From the NCBI GenBank assembly GCA_963677595.1, contig OY782041.1, positions 256,001 through 320,000 of the forward strand: a DNA stretch of 64,000 nt. Direction: 5' to 3'. Below the pieces are notes generated by a model. The model had not been told where the DNA came from. It saw only the letters and a program-made list of their open reading frames with translations, and ran no database searches. The translations under genes were made by a program, and so were the position numbers. Source of the stretch: Spirochaetia bacterium (lineage in GTDB: Bacteria; Spirochaetota; Spirochaetia; CAKZLE01). The first letter of the stretch is position 1, and each line of letters opens with the position of its first letter. Positions 46,617 to 57,691 of the stretch are shown piece after piece.

Positions 46617-47963
46617 ATGACAGGAAAAGAGCGTATTACTGCAGTGATGCAGGGGAAGGAGACCGACAAGACTCCCTGGGTCCCCTTCGCCGGTGTCCAT
46701 TCAGGGAAACTGAAGGGGTACACCGCACGAGAGGTCTCACAGGATGGGGACAAACTGTTCGAGTCACTGCTGGAGGTCAACAGACTCTACAAACCAGATG
46801 GACAGCCGGTGATGTTCGATCTTCAGATCGAAGCTGAACTCATGGGCTGTGACCTGGTCTGGGCAGAGGATGCCCCCCCGACCGTATCGACCCATCCGCT
46901 GGAATCGACGGCAGACATCCCGGACTACATCCCTGCAGCCGATGAGGGCCGGCTTGCCCTCGAGATCGATGTGATGAAGCGGATGAAAGAGGCAGTCGGT
47001 GATGAGACCGCCCTCTACGGCCTCTTCACCGGCCCGTTCACCCTTGCTTCCCACCTCCGGGGAACCAACATCTTCATGGACATGATGCTCGATCCCGACT
47101 ATGTCCACAAACTGCTTGCCTACTGCACCGATGTAGCCATCGCCCTGAGCGACTACTTCATCGAAGCCGGCATGGATGTGATCGCAGCGGTCGACCCGCT
47201 CATCTCACAGATCTCCCCTGCCCACTTCAAGGAGTTCATGCACGAGCCGTTCTCACGACTCTTCACCGCGATCAGGGAGAAGGGAGCCTACTCCTCGTTC
47301 TTCGTCTGCGGGAATGCTACCATGAACATCGGTCCCATGTGCGAGACGAAGCCTGACAGCCTATCAGTGGATGAGAACGTCAACCTGGCCGAGGCGAAGA
47401 AGGTCACCGACACCTACGGCGTCGTGATCGGCGGGAACATCCCGCTGACCTCCGTCATGCTCTTCGGGAACCAGCAGGACAACATGAAAGCTGTCGTGGA
47501 CCTGGTCGATTCCGTCACAAAGGAGCGACTGATCATTGCACCCGGCTGCGATATGCCGTATGATATCCCCGTAGAGAACACTATAGCGATCGAACAGGCT
47601 GTGCATGAGACCGAGTCAGTCCGCGAGATGATCAGGAACTATGAGGGTTCGGACCTGGTATTCGAGGGAGAACTCCCCGATTACGAGAACCTCGCAAGGC
47701 CCCTCGTGGAGGTCTTCACCCTCGACTCCGCGACCTGCGCTGCCTGCACCTACATGCTGGCTACTGCCATGGACGCGAAGGCCCATTACGGGGATGCGAT
47801 CGATGTGGTGGAATACAAATACACTACTCCCCAGAATATCGCGCGATGCGGGGCTATGGGAGTCAAGCAGCTGCCGAGTATCTATATCAACGGTGAGCTG
47901 AAGTACTCCTCGATCATCCCGAGCCGTGAGGAGATCCTGGGAGAGATCGGGAAGTACCTGTAA
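46617..47963 (+). CDS. UroD/MtaA-family methyltransferase fused to a C-terminal thioredoxin-like domain
   Basis: MTGKERI, EAELMGC, GPFTLASHLRG, GGNIP, APGCD; C-terminal ~90 aa with CAAC and GVKQLPSIYINGE. Confidence 0.85.
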   Translation: MTGKERITAVMQGKETDKTPWVPFAGVHSGKLKGYTAREVSQDGDKLFESLLEVNRLYKPDGQPVMFDLQIEAELMGCDLVWAEDAPPTVSTHPLESTADIPDYIPAADEGRLALEIDVMKRMKEAVGDETALYGLFTGPFTLASHLRGTNIFMDMMLDPDYVHKLLAYCTDVAIALSDYFIEAGMDVIAAVDPLISQISPAHFKEFMHEPFSRLFTAIREKGAYSSFFVCGNATMNIGPMCETKPDSLSVDENVNLAEAKKVTDTYGVVIGGNIPLTSVMLFGNQQDNMKAVVDLVDSVTKERLIIAPGCDMPYDIPVENTIAIEQAVHETESVREMIRNYEGSDLVFEGELPDYENLARPLVEVFTLDSATCAACTYMLATAMDAKAHYGDAIDVVEYKYTTPQNIARCGAMGVKQLPSIYINGELKYSSIIPSREEILGEIGKYL

Positions 47964-48952
47964 TGCAAGAGAACGAGCAGAAGATAACCGGCAAGATACC
48001 ACTGTACATCATCATCGGGTTCCTTGGATCCGGGAAGACCTCCATGCTGAACAATCTGCTCGAACAGCACGGATGGGATAATGTGGGGGTCATCGTCAAT
48101 GAGTTCGGCTCATTGGACATCGACTCCTCACTAATCACATCCGACTCTGATATCATCAAGACGGAACTCTCCGGGGGGCAGATCTTCTGTTCCTGCCTCT
48201 CCGGCAGTTTCGTTGAGACTATCGGTAAGTATGCCGACCTGCCAATTCAGGCACTCTTCGTCGAGGCCTCAGGCCTCGCGAAGCCAAACCCCCTGCTCGA
48301 GATCATGGAATGGGCTGAACGCACCTCCAACCATGCATTCGAGTACCAAGGCATGATCTGCATCATCGATGCAGAACGCTACCACGCACTCTCACAGGCC
48401 CTGATGACCCTCAAGGAGCAGATCGTCTACAGCGATCTCTTCATCATCAACAAGTGCGACCTTGTCTCGGAAGAGGAGCTCTCTTCCCTTGAGCAGGAGC
48501 TCAATGCCATGAAACCCGAGGTCGACATCGTGAAGACCACCTATGGGAAGGTACCGGCAGAGCTGGTGAAGCACCTGAAGCATAATGCGGATGTGCTGCA
48601 TACCTATGATCAGGAACTCTACAAAGGCTGGGGAAAGCAGGGACGACCGGTGCCGCTGAGGCTCACCCCGGAGAGACCGGTAGCCTTCGATGCCCTTGAT
48701 GCCTTCATGAAGACCTACGGGTCAGAGGCGTTTCGGATGAAGGGGTATCTTGAGACCGAGGAACACGGCCTCATCCTTGCGAACGGGGTCGGCACCCACA
48801 TCGAGTATGACCTGGACCTGCCGCATGATGTACGCAAGACCCTGCAGCCGGGGCTGGTGGTCATCGTACCCGGCAACAGCATGCTGAAAGTCTCACTCGG
48901 TACCCACTGGAGGACACAGACGGGTGTGGATGTGGCTGTCCATACAGGCTGA
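47963..48952 (+). CDS. CobW/COG0523 metallochaperone GTPase
   Basis: GFLGSGKT, IVNEFG, IFCSC, VEASGLA, INKCD, RMKG. Confidence 0.88.
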   Translation: MQENEQKITGKIPLYIIIGFLGSGKTSMLNNLLEQHGWDNVGVIVNEFGSLDIDSSLITSDSDIIKTELSGGQIFCSCLSGSFVETIGKYADLPIQALFVEASGLAKPNPLLEIMEWAERTSNHAFEYQGMICIIDAERYHALSQALMTLKEQIVYSDLFIINKCDLVSEEELSSLEQELNAMKPEVDIVKTTYGKVPAELVKHLKHNADVLHTYDQELYKGWGKQGRPVPLRLTPERPVAFDALDAFMKTYGSEAFRMKGYLETEEHGLILANGVGTHIEYDLDLPHDVRKTLQPGLVVIVPGNSMLKVSLGTHWRTQTGVDVAVHTG

Positions 48953-48958
48953 CCTGTC

Positions 48959-49642
48959 ATGAAGAAATCATTGATCCACCTGAGGACGAGCTTCGACGCC
49001 TCTTTCGACTGGTTCGCGAAGCAGATACGCCTCGAGCAGTTCCCTGAGTTGACCTCTGAGGCCGAAGACCTGTACGACAAGGCCTCACGGCTGCTGATCC
49101 CGCAATCGGTCCACCTGCAGGCTGACGTTGACTCGTTCGCTGCCGAACAGGACGGTACGTTCACCGTCGTGATCGAGGGTACCCAGTTCAACGGGAAAGT
49201 GCTTGACCGCCTTGACGGGGTACATAGGGTCTTCCCCTATGTCGTCACCTGCGGAACGGGCCTCGAGGACCTCGACCTCTCCACCTATGACTTCTTCGCC
49301 CCCTACTGGGTCGATGCCCTGAAGGTAAAGGCACTGAGGATCGGGATGAGACAGATAAACTCCTATATGCGGGAGACCTACCACCTCAGCAGGGTTAACA
49401 CCCTCAACCCGGGATCCGGCAATGTCGATATCTGGCCGATCGAGCAGCTGCGTGATGTGTTCAGCATCCTTGGTAATGTAGCTGGGGAGACCGGGGTCAC
49501 GATGACCGAGAGCTGCCTCATGATCCCGAACAAGACACTCGCAGGCTTCTTCTTCGACCGGGACCATCTCTATGAGAGCTGTGCCTACTGTGAGCGGGCG
49601 AACTGCCCGGACCGGAGGGTCCCCTACTCGGAGACCCTGTAA
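48959..49642 (+). CDS. Stand-alone B12-dependent methionine synthase activation-domain-like protein
   Basis: FPYVVTCG, NPGSG..WPIEQ, ESCLMIPNKT, C-terminal CAYCERANCPDRR. Confidence 0.75.
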   Translation: MKKSLIHLRTSFDASFDWFAKQIRLEQFPELTSEAEDLYDKASRLLIPQSVHLQADVDSFAAEQDGTFTVVIEGTQFNGKVLDRLDGVHRVFPYVVTCGTGLEDLDLSTYDFFAPYWVDALKVKALRIGMRQINSYMRETYHLSRVNTLNPGSGNVDIWPIEQLRDVFSILGNVAGETGVTMTESCLMIPNKTLAGFFFDRDHLYESCAYCERANCPDRRVPYSETL

Positions 49643-49735
49643 TGGTAGTAGATTTTCAATGCAATTTGCCGTGCTGAACCAAGGGGAGAAAGCAGTTTTT
49701 CACTTCAAGGCGGGTAATCGTATCAGTTTGGTTTC

Positions 49736-51208
<1,473 letters not shown>

Positions 51209-52585
51209 TTATCGCTCCCACGGAGGATGCACGTTCCTATGTCCCTCTGTAGGGATCACAGGCGCCTTGATGATCTCAGCCTCAGGTTCCCCTGCTGCAC
51301 GCATATGCGCAAGCAGGCGCTTCCCCATTACTTCTGTGATGTCTTCATACCCTTCCATACCGATGAGATTTGTCAATTCATAAGGATCTGATTCAAGATC
51401 ATATAGAGATTCTTCATAATACGTCCCGGCATAGGGAGTACTCTCTTTGGCCATCTCATTGTTGGAGACACAGTATTTCCATCGATCAGTCCGTACAGCC
51501 CTGCCGATCTGTGATTCGCTGATCTGAATATAGATGTCATCAGGCCAGGCAGGGTCTTCATGCCTGATCAGTGGCATAGCAGATCTCCCGCTCATTGTCT
51601 CGGGGACTTCAATCCCTGCTGCTTCGAGAAGAGTCGGGGCAATATCAATGATACTCGTGAGAGCTTTTATCCTTCCCCCATGTTCAAACCCAGGACCACG
51701 TGCGGCTACAGGAATACGTATCGAACTCTCATGACATGAGCGTTTGTATTCATCATTGCGAGTTTTAAAATGGCATCCATGATCAGACACAAAGAGTACT
51801 ATGGTGTTCTCAAGAAGCTCAATACTTTTCAGGGTATCCATGATCCGGCCGAATGCTTCATCCAGCCGCTTGATCATTCCATAGTATCCACCAATCTGTT
51901 GATATGCGTTCCCCCCTAGGGATGCAAGATCAGGAGGCAGCCATCTACCGGTATATTTCTCAGCATATCCATCAGGTGCTGGGAAATCATCCCGATGATT
52001 CTGAAAATGAGGTTCCAGGTATGATACACAAAGGAAGAATTGTTCTTGCTTGTGGTCCTCTAAGAATCGTACTGCAGCATCGGTATAGGCATCAGCCCGA
52101 TATCCTGGGAGAAAGACCTTCTTATTCTCATTATCAAATAAGACTGTATGATAGGCATCTGAGATGAATTCCGGCAAATCCGATGCGAGCCAATACTCAT
52201 ACCCCCCTCTCCGTTCTTCCGGGACGGGTTGCTGTCCACCATAGAACCCGGGATCTACTCCACCAAGATGCCACTTCCCGATATACCCGGTGCGGTACCC
52301 TTCTTTTCCGAATAGGGTGGCAAGCGTTTGGGCATCATCCTGTAATGGTATGCCATTCTGGTACACCCCTGTCTCTGTCGCATATAAGCCGGTCTGCAAG
52401 CAGGACCTTGCAGGACCGCATAACGGCTGGCACGTAAACGCATTATAGAAATGGGTCCCTTCCTGGGCTATCCTGTCGAAGTTTGGCATCAGATCCAGGG
52501 GGTTCCCATAGAGACTCGAGGCATCCCAACGATGCTGATCAGTGAAGAAAATGATTACATTCGGTCTGTTCGTAGTAGTATGCAT
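51209..52585 (-). CDS. Cys-type formylglycine-dependent sulfatase
   Basis: PNVIIFFTDQHR, CGPARSCLQTG (CxPxR), GKWHLG, SDHG, YDLESDPYE. Confidence 0.93.
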   Translation of the reverse strand: MHTTTNRPNVIIFFTDQHRWDASSLYGNPLDLMPNFDRIAQEGTHFYNAFTCQPLCGPARSCLQTGLYATETGVYQNGIPLQDDAQTLATLFGKEGYRTGYIGKWHLGGVDPGFYGGQQPVPEERRGGYEYWLASDLPEFISDAYHTVLFDNENKKVFLPGYRADAYTDAAVRFLEDHKQEQFFLCVSYLEPHFQNHRDDFPAPDGYAEKYTGRWLPPDLASLGGNAYQQIGGYYGMIKRLDEAFGRIMDTLKSIELLENTIVLFVSDHGCHFKTRNDEYKRSCHESSIRIPVAARGPGFEHGGRIKALTSIIDIAPTLLEAAGIEVPETMSGRSAMPLIRHEDPAWPDDIYIQISESQIGRAVRTDRWKYCVSNNEMAKESTPYAGTYYEESLYDLESDPYELTNLIGMEGYEDITEVMGKRLLAHMRAAGEPEAEIIKAPVIPTEGHRNVHPPWER

Positions 52586-52642
52586 AACAACTTCCTATAT
52601 CTTATTGGATACGAGAGCATATCCCACATAAATTCCCAGGAT

Positions 52643-53419
52643 TCACAGCATGAACTGTTTGATATATTTCTGTGTTAATTGAATATATTTTTTCCTATGT
52701 TCATCCGGAGATGCCCAGAAAGGCCCATGTGGTTCGATTACAACATATTCGTCATACTCATGATGGTATAGGATGCTCATGAACTTACCCCATTCTAGGG
52801 TATCCATACCTGGAGGTGGTTCCAGTTCACCTGCCGGCAATTGGGTGAGTCCCTTAACGTGGAAATGTGTGAGTTTATCACCATATCGGTATAGGACATC
52901 ATATGGATCAGCCTTCACATTACGAATGATACCGACAGGGTCCAGCTTCAATCCTATATCCGGGATCATACGATACGTCTGCTGCAAAAGGGCTTCAGAC
53001 GTGATATAGCTCCCTTTATGCCCGAGATAGACCGAAAGCACCAACTGATATGATTCAGCAAGATCCTTCCATGCATTATATTTGGCTGCAAGATACCCTG
53101 GCTTATCCTCAACATCAGGCTCACCTGCCCCGGTAAAGAAATTCACAGCGTTGATGTCGGAAGCGAACTTCATAGCAGTTTTTATGATCTCTGCATCTGC
53201 CCCTTCATTGATATCCGAAAGGCCTACTGCCCATACGCCGAGCGCTGCTACTTCTATCTCGTATCGCTCAAAAATAGCTCGAACTTCTTCAGCATTATCA
53301 AAATCTTCTGCTTTTGGCTCATAGATCATCAACTCAATCCCGTCGATGTGGTGTTGTTTTGCAAATGCTGCCCACATCTCAAGATCACTCTTTAAATCAG
53401 CAATGAATGCAAGTTTCAT
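52643..53419 (-). CDS. Sugar phosphate isomerase/epimerase TIM-barrel protein (AP2-like)
   Basis: DGIEL, GLKLDP, HFHVKG, PGMDTLEW, VVIEPH. Confidence 0.8.
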   Translation of the reverse strand: MKLAFIADLKSDLEMWAAFAKQHHIDGIELMIYEPKAEDFDNAEEVRAIFERYEIEVAALGVWAVGLSDINEGADAEIIKTAMKFASDINAVNFFTGAGEPDVEDKPGYLAAKYNAWKDLAESYQLVLSVYLGHKGSYITSEALLQQTYRMIPDIGLKLDPVGIIRNVKADPYDVLYRYGDKLTHFHVKGLTQLPAGELEPPPGMDTLEWGKFMSILYHHEYDEYVVIEPHGPFWASPDEHRKKYIQLTQKYIKQFML

Positions 53420-53443
53420 CAGAATCTCCCTTTATAGTATTTC

Positions 53444-54487
53444 CTAATTGAGTACTTCGACCCAGCCATGCTCCCTGTTGGAACGCCGTGCAGCTTCACA
53501 TACCTGGATGACTGCTAGCCCGTCTTTACCACTCTGGGCAGAGTTATCCGCATTCCGTAAGCTTTCTATGATGGTCTTATGATGGGTATACCCGAAAAAA
53601 GATTTAGCGACATCAGGATAATGCCATGTATACTCCATTGAATCACTTCCACCTTTGCGTGTTGTATACGCTAACGAATGTCCAGTTTCTGGGGTAAAGA
53701 GAAAGATCGTCCCTGATGTCCCATAGATCTCAGCCTCAAACCGCTTCGTCCCGCCAATCTGAGACCATTGAATCTCATGTGATATTGTCGCACCATTACT
53801 CAACCCATATAACATCCAGGCATTTACCTCATTACCAAGCAGGTTCACCTCTTCACGTTCAATCCCTGTAACTGAAGGCTGGCTTTCTTCTTCAAACGTA
53901 AATCGGGAACATACTGTAGAAACTTCCGCACCGGTAAGAAACCGTATCAGGTCTATACCATGGGCCCCGATATCCATGAAGGACCCTCCATAAGACCCGA
54001 CACTTTCCCTCGTGTTCCCGGTAGCATTCCTAAATCGTATGAATTCAATCTCTCCGATTGTTTTTTCTGCAATCAATTTCCTTGCCATCATCGATTCATC
54101 AAAATAATGGTGCATAAAACTGGGGATAATCCTCACATGGTTATCTTGAAAAGCCTGTACAATCTTTCTTCCTTCAGCAACACTCTTCGAGAATGGTTTC
54201 TGCATGAAGACATGCTTCCCAACTTGTGCTGAAGCGATTGCAATCTCAGCATGAGCCTCGATCTTGGTGAAGATACAGACAAGATCTATATCTTCTCTGC
54301 TGAGCACTTCATAATAGTCAGTACAGTATATCTCAGCATGATAGTGTTCTTTTGCCTGTCTTGCCCGCTCCTCAATCAGATCACAGGCTACAATGAACTC
54401 TGCATGCTCTACTTTTGCCAATGCTGGCATATGATAATCATTTGCTATATTCCCGCAGCCTATAACGGCATATCTAATATTCTTCAT
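53444..54487 (-). CDS. Gfo/Idh/MocA oxidoreductase
   Basis: VIGCGNIA, GKHVFMQKP, GGSFMDIGAHGID. Confidence 0.92.
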   Translation of the reverse strand: MKNIRYAVIGCGNIANDYHMPALAKVEHAEFIVACDLIEERARQAKEHYHAEIYCTDYYEVLSREDIDLVCIFTKIEAHAEIAIASAQVGKHVFMQKPFSKSVAEGRKIVQAFQDNHVRIIPSFMHHYFDESMMARKLIAEKTIGEIEFIRFRNATGNTRESVGSYGGSFMDIGAHGIDLIRFLTGAEVSTVCSRFTFEEESQPSVTGIEREEVNLLGNEVNAWMLYGLSNGATISHEIQWSQIGGTKRFEAEIYGTSGTIFLFTPETGHSLAYTTRKGGSDSMEYTWHYPDVAKSFFGYTHHKTIIESLRNADNSAQSGKDGLAVIQVCEAARRSNREHGWVEVLN

Positions 54488-54498
54488 CTTTTCTTCTC

Positions 54499-55323
54499 CT
54501 ACCTGCTGATGTTTCCCATGCTTCCAAGACCTTTATCCATTGAGGGCTTCACCGAGAAGTAGAACACTATCAACGGGATCAGATAGATAAAGCAGATAGC
54601 GGCCAATAACGAATAGTCGATCTCTCCCGGATCTGTACCAAACGCTGAAAACAATCCAACGGATATCGGGTATTTTGATTTTGAACTAATAAGAATCAAC
54701 GGCATGAGGAACTGACTCCATGAGGACATGAATGACATCATACTCACTGTTGCCAACCCAGGTCTCATCAAGGGGAAGATGATTGAGAAGAACCGTTTCA
54801 GCTTAGAAGCCCCTTCAATCATAGCTGCCTCTTCTATCTCCATGGGTATATTGTCAATAGAACCTTTCATGATCCAGAGATTCAATGGGGTAGCTAACCC
54901 GACAAAGACAAGTACCAGGCCAGAATGTGTATCCATAAGGTTCATCATCAGCATCATACTGAATAGGGGGACCACAAGCAACGTATTCGGGATAATCCTG
55001 CTGAGAAGAATCCCATACATAAGCGTCCCTTTCCCTTTGAATGCCATGCGAGAAAGTGCATACCCGGCAAACCCCGATGTCGAGACTGCGAGAACAACCG
55101 TCGTCAAGGAAATGAATAGACTGTTCTTGATCCACTGGAATACTTCACCGGTAAACAGCGCTTCAAAGCTCTTGAATGTCGGCTCTTTTGGGATCTGGAC
55201 GGAGAGATTTGCTGCCGGATGAATAGATGCAAAAATGATCCAGGTATAGGGAGCCAGTATAATAACCAGAGTTACTCCAAATATGAAATATATGATAGTT
55301 TTTTTTATCAGACTAAATTTCAA
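54499..55323 (-). CDS. Carbohydrate ABC permease (MalG-like)
   Basis: IPMEIEEAAMIEGAS EAA loop, FMSSWSQF. Confidence 0.92.
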   Translation of the reverse strand: MKFSLIKKTIIYFIFGVTLVIILAPYTWIIFASIHPAANLSVQIPKEPTFKSFEALFTGEVFQWIKNSLFISLTTVVLAVSTSGFAGYALSRMAFKGKGTLMYGILLSRIIPNTLLVVPLFSMMLMMNLMDTHSGLVLVFVGLATPLNLWIMKGSIDNIPMEIEEAAMIEGASKLKRFFSIIFPLMRPGLATVSMMSFMSSWSQFLMPLILISSKSKYPISVGLFSAFGTDPGEIDYSLLAAICFIYLIPLIVFYFSVKPSMDKGLGSMGNISR

Positions 55324-56182
55324 CTCTCATACTCCTTATGTAGAACATGCCAAGCAAAAGTGAAATAATAAGAATGATAGTACTAACTGCTCCTGCATAC
55401 CCTAACTGCATATCCTGGAATGCATTATTGTATATAAAAATCGTGAAGACCTCTGTTTTCCCCATAGGCCCTCCCCCTGTCAGCCCATAGATCATATCGA
55501 AGGCTAACAAGGTACTGAACGTACTCACAAGCAACGTCACGAGAATACTGTATTTAATCATTGGCAGCTTGATATGCAAAAGTGTCTGCAGGGTATTGGT
55601 TCCATCAATCTTTGCTGCTTCATAGACACTGACCGGGATATCGGATAGTGCTGAAGAGAGAAGCAGGTAAGCCATCGCTGTCCCACGCGTCCAGTTGACC
55701 AACAGGATGCACATCAGGGGATGTACCTTCAGCCAATCCACAGGATCGTGCCCAAAGAACCCGATGAAGGTGTTAAGCCAACCATACGTTCCATCGAAGA
55801 CGCTGCGCCACATATAGGCAGCGACTAATCCAGGTGTTAACCAGGCTATCAACAACGCAGCTGACACAAGCCCCTTGAACCTTATCTCTTTAAGCCGTAG
55901 AAGATTCGCAAATAAGAATCCGAAAACCAGATGTCCAGAAATGGCTGCAAAGACGAATGATAATGTCACTTTTATGCTGTTCAAGAATGCTACATCTTTG
56001 AACAGACGTTTATAGTTTGCCAATCCAATGAATTTTGTCATCTCACCTGCTGGGGCCCAAAGGTTAAAATTGGTGAACCCCATGATGATGGTCCAAATAA
56101 ATGGGAAAGCAAACAACGCCACCATCAGCAATAAAGATGGCGCAAGTAATCCAATAAATGTTCGCTTTTTCTCAATACTCAC
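55313..56182 (-). CDS. Carbohydrate ABC permease (MalF-like)
   Basis: FIGLANY, YEAAKIDG, LTGGGP. Confidence 0.92.
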   Translation of the reverse strand: MSIEKKRTFIGLLAPSLLLMVALFAFPFIWTIIMGFTNFNLWAPAGEMTKFIGLANYKRLFKDVAFLNSIKVTLSFVFAAISGHLVFGFLFANLLRLKEIRFKGLVSAALLIAWLTPGLVAAYMWRSVFDGTYGWLNTFIGFFGHDPVDWLKVHPLMCILLVNWTRGTAMAYLLLSSALSDIPVSVYEAAKIDGTNTLQTLLHIKLPMIKYSILVTLLVSTFSTLLAFDMIYGLTGGGPMGKTEVFTIFIYNNAFQDMQLGYAGAVSTIILIISLLLGMFYIRSMRVEI

Positions 56183-56205
56183 ACTATCCTCCTAGTGGAT
56201 GGGGC

Positions 56206-56238
56206 GATCACTCTGGCCGGACAACGGCCAGGGTGATC
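56206..56238 (-). other. Intergenic stem-loop after the SBP gene (mRNA stabiliser)
   Basis: GATCACTCTGGCCG-gacaa-CGGCCAGGGTGATC 14-bp stem. Confidence 0.6.
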
Positions 56239-56255
56239 TTTCTTGGTTTATAGAA

Positions 56256-57632
56256 TTAGAAAGCGATCTTTGTAATCTGATCCGCGCCTAAAGCATCTTC
56301 TGAGAGCTTTGCATAATTCTCAAGAGCTTCTTCAGCAGTCCATTCGCCTACCATAAGGTGCCCAAGCGCATCAGAGATTCTCTGCTGAGGGCCACTAGCA
56401 TATCCGGGATAGATTCCTGGGCTCAGGTATGTATAGTCCAGCCATGTGCTGATGTCTGATATGAATGCATTCGACTGATAGTTAGGGTTCTCAATTACAT
56501 CAGTTCGTGTGCCAACCTGACCTTTTGCAGCATTGAAGCTTGCCTGCCTGTCAGCTGCTGTCATGAATTCGAGGAATTCATATGCCAGGTCAGGATTCTT
56601 TGATTTTGCCGAGATAGTATAGGCCCATCCACCGGACTGGGTAACATAGTCCTCCCCACGGACACTTGAACCAGGTTCCATTGCCGGCATCTTCACATAC
56701 CCTACGACATCTTCCAGGTTAGGGATCTCATAGCTCTTGCCTTTACCCCAATAAGAAATGTATCCCCAGGGACCATAGCTGCTGATTGCGCCACTTCCAT
56801 CTGCGAAAGCCTGGTATGCCCATTCATCAGCGCTTGCACCCACTCCATGGACTGGATCGATCAACCCTTTTGCTGCTAACTCTTCATAGAATTTAAACGT
56901 ATCATACAGGGGTTTGCTGGAAACGATCCACTTGCCGGTTGATTCATCCATCAGTGTACCGCCTGCGCCATGCAGCAAGAGGTTGAACCTGGTGAACATA
57001 ACCTGGATCCCAGCTTCCTTTCCACCGATGTACAGCAGGGGGGTTACCGTATCAGGGAAGGCTTCCTTGATCTTCACAGCAGCATCGATGATATCCTGCC
57101 AGCTTTTCGGGTTCCAGTCAGCACTCATTCCAGCTTGCACAAACAAGTCTTTTCGGTAGTAGAGAGGGACTGCTGCTGTCTGGAAAGGAATCATATAGGT
57201 ATGTCCGTCAAACCCCATCTTATCTGCAATAGGTTTGAACGTGTATTCCCAAGTATCCGATGTTTTCAGGTAATCATCCAACGGTAACAGGTAACCAGCC
57301 CTCATATAATTCTGGCCTCGCCCAACTTCAACGACAGTCACATCAGCTGCCGTCCCTGATCTCCATAACAAAGTCTTTTTTGTTGCATATTCACCGGAAG
57401 TACCGCCAACGTTGTCCCAATCGACATGAACCGGGGTCCCTTTATCTGCCATCATCTGCTCGAAGTCTGCTATCTCTGCTTCAAGAATCTCCGGGGGAAC
57501 AGGGTTTGTACCTAAATTCATAAAAGAGATCGTAGGAGTCGTATCCTCTTCCTGTCCTCCATTTGCCCATACAGTAAAGCTAACTGCAATCAGCAATACA
57601 AGGATCATACATCGTCTTAGTTTCTTTCGCAT
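56256..57632 (-). CDS. Sugar ABC solute-binding protein
   Basis: Signal VWANGGQEE; LLPLDDY, LYYRKDLF, PKSWQDI, GGWAYTIS. Confidence 0.92.
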   Translation of the reverse strand: MRKKLRRCMILVLLIAVSFTVWANGGQEEDTTPTISFMNLGTNPVPPEILEAEIADFEQMMADKGTPVHVDWDNVGGTSGEYATKKTLLWRSGTAADVTVVEVGRGQNYMRAGYLLPLDDYLKTSDTWEYTFKPIADKMGFDGHTYMIPFQTAAVPLYYRKDLFVQAGMSADWNPKSWQDIIDAAVKIKEAFPDTVTPLLYIGGKEAGIQVMFTRFNLLLHGAGGTLMDESTGKWIVSSKPLYDTFKFYEELAAKGLIDPVHGVGASADEWAYQAFADGSGAISSYGPWGYISYWGKGKSYEIPNLEDVVGYVKMPAMEPGSSVRGEDYVTQSGGWAYTISAKSKNPDLAYEFLEFMTAADRQASFNAAKGQVGTRTDVIENPNYQSNAFISDISTWLDYTYLSPGIYPGYASGPQQRISDALGHLMVGEWTAEEALENYAKLSEDALGADQITKIAF

Positions 57633-57691
57633 AATTTACTCCTTTTTGTTTATCTTCAACTGGCGCCCTTGTGCATTTGATGTTCAAGTGG

